A DNA stretch of 64,000 nucleotides, from NCBI GenBank assembly GCA_031291995.1, contig JARLHZ010000025.1, positions 25,174 through 89,173 on the forward strand, given 5' to 3'. The number at the start of each line of letters is the position of its first letter. Position 1 is the first letter of the stretch. This DNA is from Candidatus Doudnabacteria bacterium. Its GTDB lineage: Bacteria > Patescibacteriota > Doudnabacteria > UBA920. A program made the translations under genes and the position numbers. Positions 57,819-64,000 of the stretch are shown in pieces. Under the pieces are notes generated by a model that saw only the letters and a program-made list of their open reading frames with translations, ran no database searches and had not been told where the DNA came from.

Positions 57819-58538
57819 TTATTTAAATGAGATCATTACTGTAAATTCCCCTTTTATGGAGGGTTTGTCTTTGAGTGCGTCAGATACTTGGGTTGGGGTA
57901 CCACGGATGAATTCTTCATGCATTTTAGTCAGCTCGCGGGCAATAACGACCTGTGAAGAAGGGAACGCGTTGCTTATGTAGCTGAGCGTCTTAAGAATTC
58001 TTTCGGGGGACTCATAAAAAATCGCGGTGGCTTCGGCATTGGCCGCAAACTGTAAGGCCTCGACCGTTTTGCTGACGGTTTTTTGTAAAAAACCCAAAAA
58101 CAAAAACTTGTCAGTAGGCAGGCCGGAGGCAGACAGGGCGGCAATGGCGGCATTCGGCCCCGGGAATGGGATGACTTGCACGTTTTCTTTTACGCATTCG
58201 CGAACCAATCTAAATCCGGGATCGCTAATCCCGGGAGTTCCGGCGTCGGTAATCAGCGCGCCGTCTTGTTTGCTTAAGCGGCGGGCGAGTTCTTTGACAA
58301 TCTGCTGTTCGTTATGTTCCGCGAATTGGACGACTTCTTTTTTTGCTGTCATCCCAACTGAGTCATTAGATGCAATTACCGAAGCGGTTCGCACGGAAAG
58401 TCCGTCTATATATTGCAGCAGCCGCCGCGAATAGCCCGGATTTTCCGCAATTACAAAATCGCACCGCTTGAGCGTCTCAATCGCCCGCAGTGTAATATCC
58501 CCCATGTTTCCGATTGGTGTTGCGACTATGTAAAGCAT
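57819..58538 (-). CDS. rsmI: 16S rRNA (cytidine1402-2'-O)-methyltransferase RsmI
   Basis: MLYIVATPIGNMGDITLRAIETLKRCDFVIAE is the tetrapyrrole-methylase-fold RsmI N-terminus. Confidence 0.85.
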   Translation of the reverse strand: MLYIVATPIGNMGDITLRAIETLKRCDFVIAENPGYSRRLLQYIDGLSVRTASVIASNDSVGMTAKKEVVQFAEHNEQQIVKELARRLSKQDGALITDAGTPGISDPGFRLVRECVKENVQVIPFPGPNAAIAALSASGLPTDKFLFLGFLQKTVSKTVEALQFAANAEATAIFYESPERILKTLSYISNAFPSSQVVIARELTKMHEEFIRGTPTQVSDALKDKPSIKGEFTVMISFK

Positions 58539-58541
58539 ATC

Positions 58542-58617
58542 GTAGTTTACGAAGTACGAATTTTTACGAACATACGAAGGGTTCGTAAGTTCGTAACCGT
58601 TCGTACTTCGTAAAATT
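58542..58617. repeat. Family-A palindromic element, copy 2 (perfect 14-bp arms TTACGAAGTACGAA / TTCGTACTTCGTAA)
   Basis: gtagtttacgaagtacgaatttttacgaacatacgaagggttcgtaagttcgtaaccgttcgtacttcgtaaaattt. It lies 4 nt upstream of the rsmI start on the opposite strand. Confidence 0.75.
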
Positions 58618-58928
58618 TACCAGTTCTTATCCGGTGCCTCCAGGCCAAACGCTTCTTCCAAAAAATCGTATTCGGCTTTGAGCCTGTCGCGGACTTCTTC
58701 CATTTCGTCTTTTTCCGACCCTTCGGCCTCGTACCACTGGTCGTAGCCGGCTTTTAACTCGTCGTCAATCTCCTGCAGGCGCGCGTAAGCCTCGGCCTCG
58801 CTTTGCGGGCCGGCGCTTTGCCATTCATCAAAGGGAATTCCCATGCGCTTCTTGTATTTTTCTTGATAGAGATCCTTAATATCATCCTGGTCCATAAAAT
58901 TAAAATTAATTGATTTTTTTGTTTGCAT
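58617..58928 (-). CDS. Hypothetical acidic protein (103 aa)
   Basis: ORF with a charged, helical composition and no recognisable family. Confidence 0.35.
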   Translation of the reverse strand: MQTKKSINFNFMDQDDIKDLYQEKYKKRMGIPFDEWQSAGPQSEAEAYARLQEIDDELKAGYDQWYEAEGSEKDEMEEVRDRLKAEYDFLEEAFGLEAPDKNW

Positions 58929-59275
58929 TTACTAGATTAGCACAAGATTAGAATTTTTGCATCTTTTCCAAATGAAAAACCCTCTATGGTTTGCCAAGGC
59001 CGTCGGGCCGTAAAGGCAAATAGAGGGTTTCCCCGAAAAGTCAAAAGAAGTGTATAGTTATAAGCATAACCTTATAACCAATCGCCTGAAAAATCAGGGC
59101 GATTAAGTCATCACCGTCAGGTGACGTGGTTGCTAAACTATTAGATTGTTTTTGATTTTTGTTTCTTCGAATGAAGAACTAACTTTTCTATACTTAGTAT
59201 AGCAGATTTTTCGGAAGTTGTCTAGAGCATAAAAAAATCAAGATTATCGTCTCACTTAGACTTGCGAATTGAAAT

Positions 59276-59710
59276 TTAGAGCAGCTCAATGGTTTCTATA
59301 TCCGGGATTTTTTTATGAGCGCGCGCGTCGGCGCTTAATAATGGAATATTCAGAATTTTTGACAATGCGGCATACGAAGCGTCGTAAAAAGTTAAATTAT
59401 GACGAGTCATTATTTCTACAGCAGTGGAAGTTAACAGCGTATCAGGCGGGAAGATTTGTATTCGGGAATTGTATAAATCCTCTATGGCCTCGGTAATTTC
59501 ACCAGCCGAAAATTTTTTACCTTTTCCAAGCGCGTTGACCACTTCGTAAATCAGCAAGTCCGGCGCGAATAGCTCTGCGCTCCCCGCAAAGCACCTGGCT
59601 AATAAATTTTCTGCTTGGGTGGTTCCAGCCTCCTCGCTAAATAATTTTACCGCTATCGAGGCGTCTATAACTACCCGCTTGATGTGTTCAGTGGTTATTT
59701 CTGTCGGCAT
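59276..59710 (-). CDS. vapC: PIN-domain toxin (VapC-like)
   Basis: VVIDASIAVKLF...DLLIYEVVNAL...LTFYDASYAALS is the PIN acidic-residue pattern. Confidence 0.7.
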   Translation of the reverse strand: MPTEITTEHIKRVVIDASIAVKLFSEEAGTTQAENLLARCFAGSAELFAPDLLIYEVVNALGKGKKFSAGEITEAIEDLYNSRIQIFPPDTLLTSTAVEIMTRHNLTFYDASYAALSKILNIPLLSADARAHKKIPDIETIELL

Positions 59711-59963
59711 AAATGAATTTGCTAAGATTTTGTTTTTTGCCGCTTTTGCGCAATTTGGCGAGGCTTTCTTTTATTTCTCCCCAAACAGGCCCGCTATACG
59801 AGGCTTTAGCCTTTAATTTTTCGTAACTTTCGGCGTCTATTAACACGGCTTCTTTTTTTAAACGCGCGCCCAAATACACAGGCCTCCCGGTTTTTTTGGC
59901 CTGATTTATGAGTTGTCTGTAATTCCGCTGTATTTGGCGTATTGATATAATTTGTTCGTCCAT
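59688..59963 (-). CDS. Phd/YefM-type antitoxin
   Basis: MDEQIISIRQIQRNYRQLINQAKKTGRPVYL...AVLIDAESYEKL is the Phd/YefM N-terminal pattern. Overlaps the PIN gene. Confidence 0.65.
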   Translation of the reverse strand: MDEQIISIRQIQRNYRQLINQAKKTGRPVYLGARLKKEAVLIDAESYEKLKAKASYSGPVWGEIKESLAKLRKSGKKQNLSKFIYADRNNH

Positions 59964-60010
59964 GATTGTATTATATTTGACATACAATTGTATGTCAAAT
60001 ATTAAATATT

Positions 60011-61585
60011 TTAAAAAAGCTTTCCCTCGGCCTTTTTACCTTGTTCCGCCCAAGAAGCCAGGAAGCGGTTTATAAATTCCTGCGGACTTTTTTGCATTTC
60101 CAAAAATTCGGAGAGTATAACAGCCACCGTCAGAAGGATATGGTATTCCTGAAAACCGGAGGTCTTGGCTTTTTGCCAGGCAGGGTGCTTAATGTTTATG
60201 GTTAGGGTGTCGTCTATAATCCGGCCCAGGGCTTGGCTTGGTGTATCGTTAATTTCTCCTAAGACTATTTGGATTCCCGTTTGCCTGGCTTTAACCAAAT
60301 TTTTTGCTTCCGATTTTCCAGTTCCTTTTGGCAGCACCTCGTTTTTTTCATTTTTGCCGCTCTCTGGGCCGTTGTCCGGATTGGTTTGGTCCTGACGATT
60401 CTCACCACTACGCAATTCCAACTCGGATTTTTTTCTGTCCGATTTGCCGAGAACGCGTTTGGCCCGCGAACCCATCAGGCTTTCCAGCTCCGGGAAATCA
60501 TCCACCAGATTATTCAGAGCTTGATCGATAGTTTTATTCAGGGGTTTGATAATTTTTTCCGGCGCGACTTCGGATTTTTCGCGGCTTTCCCCCAGGCTTT
60601 CCAAAATGGGGAGGACGGCTTCTTGAATCGCTTTCCGGTACTTATAGTATTTTTTTAAAGATGTTGCGTCGCTTAAAAAGTCGTTTTTATTGGTAGTTAA
60701 AATTTCCGCCAAAGCGGGGATTTCCACTATGCCTGCCAGCGTTTCATTATTTTTTGGCAGAATACCCAGCCATTCCCAGCCGCCCTTTATGACTTTACCG
60801 AAGGTGGAAATATACAGGCCGGGCCTAAGCGAAGTCAAACGGTCGTTCTTGCCCAGCACTTTTTCAAGCCAGTTTAACGGATTTTGGGTTTTAGTTAAAT
60901 ATCCCACGCCAATGGGCGCGCGGGCTTTGCCCTGGCGGATGGAAAACCAGTGGAGCAATTCGTCCTGGCTATTTTCCGGAACCGCGATGGGTTGCCCGTT
61001 AACATAAAACTCAATCGGTTTTTTATAAAAATACTTAAGCAAGTCCCGCATTATTTTTTGGTTTAACAGCGGATAAAAATGCTTTAAGATAGATTCACGG
61101 ACAAAATCAATTTTTAATAAATGGGATTGGCTGTCTGCAAAATGTATGGCCACCGACGTGCCTCGCGGGCTATTAATTTTATCACTAAAAGTAATAAATT
61201 TCCACGGCGCTCGGTAAGGCCCGGTCAATTGCCAAGTAGTGGCGCAATGGCTGCCGTAGCCGCCTTTGCTCTCGGTTATTACCTGACTGGCAATCAGTAG
61301 CGAGAGCTTTGCCCCCACGCCGGCAAAACCGATGCCGCTGCCGCGGGTTTTGGTAGAAGCGGCTATGTTATGGTAATTTTTTATAGCTCCCCTTTTCATA
61401 CCGTTGCCGTTGTCGGTACAGCGAATAAATTTATTTACAACGTCCACGTCAAAATCCACTCTCGTAGCCTTGCTGTCCAGGGCATTGGCCACCAGTTCCG
61501 TCAAAATAATTTCTTCCAAAGGCGAGGTATAAGAGTCCCTTATGTCCTCCAAAAGATGCTGTAAGTTAACGCGGGTTTCGTTCAT
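60011..61585 (-). CDS. GHKL-superfamily ATPase (HATPase_c_3 / MORC-like Bergerat fold) with a roughly 350-aa uncharacterised C-terminal region
   Basis: Motif I ELVANALDS, motif II DNGNGM, G-rich motif III GSGIGFAGVG. Start chosen at MNETRV..., which overlaps the upstream gene's stop as ATGA. Confidence 0.65.
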   Translation of the reverse strand: MNETRVNLQHLLEDIRDSYTSPLEEIILTELVANALDSKATRVDFDVDVVNKFIRCTDNGNGMKRGAIKNYHNIAASTKTRGSGIGFAGVGAKLSLLIASQVITESKGGYGSHCATTWQLTGPYRAPWKFITFSDKINSPRGTSVAIHFADSQSHLLKIDFVRESILKHFYPLLNQKIMRDLLKYFYKKPIEFYVNGQPIAVPENSQDELLHWFSIRQGKARAPIGVGYLTKTQNPLNWLEKVLGKNDRLTSLRPGLYISTFGKVIKGGWEWLGILPKNNETLAGIVEIPALAEILTTNKNDFLSDATSLKKYYKYRKAIQEAVLPILESLGESREKSEVAPEKIIKPLNKTIDQALNNLVDDFPELESLMGSRAKRVLGKSDRKKSELELRSGENRQDQTNPDNGPESGKNEKNEVLPKGTGKSEAKNLVKARQTGIQIVLGEINDTPSQALGRIIDDTLTINIKHPAWQKAKTSGFQEYHILLTVAVILSEFLEMQKSPQEFINRFLASWAEQGKKAEGKLF

Positions 61586-61881
61586 ATTAAGTAAGCGAAT
61601 TGGGTAAAGTATTCTTCCAGCAGACTGGGGGAATATTCTATATCTTTGCTGTTTGCATGCCAACCACTAACAAGTTCTTTTGTTTTATTCAGTTCTTTTT
61701 TAGCGGACATGGGAATATTGCCTTCCAACGTGGCATCAAGCATCTCTAAAATCCGGTGCAAGGACATATTCCTGGCTAAAATATCCTTCTTGTCGTCCCA
61801 CAACCTGGCACGCGCGACTTCACTGCCAATGTTGCCGAGTTTTTGGTGAAGAGTGAATTTGTTCCAGCGTTCTATGTTCAT
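61582..61881 (-). CDS. Small hypothetical protein (99 aa), translationally coupled on both sides. Contains an R-x4-H motif (RNMSLHRI), possibly HEPN-like; that is speculative.
   Basis: ATGA overlaps with both neighbours. Predicted all-alpha. Confidence 0.4.
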   Translation of the reverse strand: MNIERWNKFTLHQKLGNIGSEVARARLWDDKKDILARNMSLHRILEMLDATLEGNIPMSAKKELNKTKELVSGWHANSKDIEYSPSLLEEYFTQFAYLI

Positions 61882-62228
61882 ATGGAAATAAGTTTATTTA
61901 CAATTGCCGTAATCTTATTTTTTATGAAGGGGTCTTGAATTTCCATGCCGCGATTATTTTGCCTGGGGCGGATGTTAATCAACGAAACAAACGCTATCAT
62001 GCCATCTGGAGACTTGTCAGGATAAATGTTAATTCCCCAAAGGTTTGTTTGAGTCGAGCCGTTTTCCAAGAGCGCGCTTTCCGCATCGGCGTGCCATTCA
62101 CCGCCAATAGCAATAATACCGCGTTCAATATCAACCACAGCCTTAACCATGTCGCCGTAGCTATCGGCAGCTATTTGTTTAACTTCGGCAAGCGTGATTC
62201 TGTTTGTGATAATCTTTATTTCCATCAT
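61878..62228 (-). CDS. Conserved small protein (116 aa, DUF5674-like from memory). Function unknown.
   Basis: MMEIKIITNRITLAEVKQIAADSYGDMVKAVVDIERGIIAIGGEWHADAESALLENGSTQTNLWGINIYPD. The family assignment is from recollection and not verified. Confidence 0.4.
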   Translation of the reverse strand: MMEIKIITNRITLAEVKQIAADSYGDMVKAVVDIERGIIAIGGEWHADAESALLENGSTQTNLWGINIYPDKSPDGMIAFVSLINIRPRQNNRGMEIQDPFIKNKITAIVNKLISI

Positions 62229-62262
62229 AGCCGTTGTATTTTATCCCCATTCAAAGTTTTTT

Positions 62263-63060
62263 TCAAGTTGTAGTATTTTTCTGCGAAGCCGCGTTGTGTA
62301 GTCTTTTTGCTTCTTCCCACGCAAGATCGTAAAGTGTTTTTACTGAATCGGCAATTTCCTGGCTCTCTATTATTATTCCCAGTCTTTCCCGCCAGGAGGC
62401 AATCATTACTTTATTGTCGTAAACGTCTATTTCCGGAATGAATTTATATTTATCGGCCGGGATGAATGCGGTATCGCGCAGCTCTTCTTTGTCGTTTGCG
62501 GAAATTTTTCTCCCCTCTTCATTGGCGGAAAGAATGGCCTTAATATTTAGCCCCCTTTGCGCACGGCGCTTATAATATTTTGGAAAATACTTTGGCAAGC
62601 CAGCATGCATTTCATTTACGTTGGCAATCCCGCGAATGGGCTCGTGCGATGTAAGCGTATCATCGTATACATGCTCCAGACCCGCACTACCCTCATAAAA
62701 AGTTATTTTTGGGCGATTGCTGACATTGTGCATGGATTTAAGCTGTGGCACTAAATTTTGCGCTTCTAATAATATGCCTTGCTTTTCCGCAAGCTCGTCT
62801 CTTAACATGTTTAAAATATTATCCGGAGACTCTGCCACATACTCTTGTAGCGGCTCTTTGCCAGAGATGCTGACAAGCCTTTTTGAAATTAGTGATTCCA
62901 AAATATCGTAAACAGTTGTTCTATTTATTCCCGCTTTTCGGGCTATTGCGGAAACAGTTCTTTTGCCAAGTTCAAGCAGAGCCAAATATATCACAATCTC
63001 TTTGTCGGAAAACCCAATTCTTATAAGGCTCTTATATATTGGCAATTCGTGGTTTAACAT
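62263..63060 (-). CDS. TrmB-family-like winged-helix transcriptional regulator
   Basis: N-terminal LIRIGFSDKEIVIYLALLELGKRTVSAIARKAGINRTTVYDILESLISKRLV wHTH, plus a roughly 170-aa C-terminal domain. Confidence 0.55.
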   Translation of the reverse strand: MLNHELPIYKSLIRIGFSDKEIVIYLALLELGKRTVSAIARKAGINRTTVYDILESLISKRLVSISGKEPLQEYVAESPDNILNMLRDELAEKQGILLEAQNLVPQLKSMHNVSNRPKITFYEGSAGLEHVYDDTLTSHEPIRGIANVNEMHAGLPKYFPKYYKRRAQRGLNIKAILSANEEGRKISANDKEELRDTAFIPADKYKFIPEIDVYDNKVMIASWRERLGIIIESQEIADSVKTLYDLAWEEAKRLHNAASQKNTTT

Positions 63061-63184
63061 AGGTTTTTGTTTAATATCTATATATTAATAGTATAGCAAA
63101 AAAAAGGTAATTGTGTCAATACTATTCCACAAAACATGTAAATTTATAGATTTAGTCTTAAATAAAGGATAATTAGGATATATA

Positions 63185-63219
63185 TTTGACGTTTATTATT
63201 GACAATATATAATAAATAT
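63185..63219 (+). promoter_or_regulatory. Candidate sigma70-type promoter (TTGACG-16-TATAAT, also TTGACA-17-TATTCT) for the radical-SAM-like gene
   Basis: ttgacgtttattattgacaatatataataaatatgctattct. A hairpin taaggc-aatactagta-gcctta and RBS AAGGAGG follow. Confidence 0.45.
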
Positions 63220-63317
63220 GCTATTCTAGCAGGTAAAATAAATATGAAAGCATCCTGTAAGTGGGTTTTGGTAAGGCAATACTAGTAGCCTTATGAAAAC
63301 CTAAAGGAGGCTTTCAA

Positions 63318-64000
63318 ATGAGCACATTAACGATTTTGCAACAAACTACGAGTTCCAAGAAGGTGGCGTTGGTGGAACAGCAGTACCCTTACGGGAAAAG
63401 CTCTGTCTACATGCCCACCGCGTTGGTCGTGGTCGCGGCTCAGTTGATGGCCGCGGGGCATGAGGCGCACATTGTGGACTTGAACATTGACCCAGTAGTG
63501 GAAGGTGGCCCGGTTAAGTTATTTTTTGAAGCTGTGGACGTTATTGGGGTTGCCGTAATTGGAGCGCCATACATTCCGCAGACTATTGAGCTTTGTCGGC
63601 GCTTTGCAGTAGAGTACCCAAACAAGCCGGTGATTGTCGGTGGCCAGATTATTAGCAGGCTCAGCCAACTTCAGTTTTCTCGGCTGTTTGCCTTCACTAA
63701 TGCCATCCAGATTGCCTCAGCGGAGGATCTTCATCCGTTGTTTGGGCAGGTGCCCTCGCCCTACGAAGTGTCCTTGGTTCCGGTATATGAGCACTTGGGT
63801 ATGGGGCGGCTGTGTGAGTATCTTAAGCATGAATTCCCTCTTTGGGTTTCCCAAGGGTGTGCTTTCAATTGCAAAGAGTATTGCACGGCCGAACGGAACC
63901 AGCTGGAACAGCACCACCATTTGGAACACTTCAAGGACGGCATTGAGTATTTGATTCTGTTCGCGAAGAAATGGGCATTGCAGGACCTCGGCTGTTATGC
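63318..64000 (+). CDS. B12-binding-domain / radical-SAM-like protein, 3'-truncated by the window end
   Basis: Open frame with no stop from 63318 to the window end. Strong RBS AAGGAGG. The N-terminus (KVALVEQQYPYGKSSVYMPTALVVVAAQLMAAGHEAHIVDLNID) resembles the B12-binding-like domain of class B radical SAM enzymes. It is followed by the Cys motif GCAFNCKEYC (CX3CX3C). Confidence 0.5.
   Translation, partial: MSTLTILQQTTSSKKVALVEQQYPYGKSSVYMPTALVVVAAQLMAAGHEAHIVDLNIDPVVEGGPVKLFFEAVDVIGVAVIGAPYIPQTIELCRRFAVEYPNKPVIVGGQIISRLSQLQFSRLFAFTNAIQIASAEDLHPLFGQVPSPYEVSLVPVYEHLGMGRLCEYLKHEFPLWVSQGCAFNCKEYCTAERNQLEQHHHLEHFKDGIEYLILFAKKWALQDLGCY

Noticed and set aside
1-64000. Alternative genetic code (UGA recoding, as in some CPR lineages)
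   Set aside because: Long ORFs (2221, 1353 and 1017 aa) terminate cleanly at TGA, TAA or TAG with no in-frame TGA read-through needed (rpmH ends TAG, ruvB TAG). The standard code fits.

Overview
This 64 kb window reads as a compact, AT-leaning bacterial chromosome segment that contains the replication origin. The divergent rpmH-rnpA-yidD-yidC-jag and dnaA-dnaN-recF cluster sits at about 44-50 kb, with DnaA-box clusters on both sides of dnaA. The gene content is typical of a reduced-genome Candidate Phyla Radiation / Patescibacteria-type organism; that assignment is inference only. Supporting content includes FemAB, two class A PBPs, a GspE/PilB ATPase, a 1353-aa repeat-containing surface protein, a 2221-aa alpha-2-macroglobulin with a thioester motif, an O-antigen-ligase-like protein, and several toxin-antitoxin pairs. 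Housekeeping genes seen are ruvA, uvrB, rpsT, polA, tsaE, ruvB, rsmE, recF, dnaN, dnaA, rpmH, rnpA, yidD, yidC, jag, tyrS, ruvC, yebC and rsmI. Accessory content includes an ssu/tau/nrt-type ABC transporter next to a TrmB-family regulator, a RhuM-Doc fusion, a vapBC-mazG-HD-MFS operon, an IS5-like element whose transposase is split at an A6 tract, a BrnT/BrnA pair, a VapC/Phd pair, and a four-gene cluster with overlapping start and stop codons (TrmB-like wHTH, a DUF-like 116-aa protein, a 99-aa protein, a GHKL ATPase). The most unusual non-coding feature is at least three families of intergenic palindromic repeats. One family brackets the two four-helix-bundle (23S-rRNA-intervening-sequence-type) protein genes and also occurs as two hairpins with no gene in the loop. 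A roughly 500-bp promoter-driven non-coding region between ruvA and uvrB looks like a structured RNA whose identity I could not settle. No rRNA, canonical tRNA or CRISPR array was recognised. All coordinates come from manual reading and are approximate to a few nucleotides for the non-coding features.
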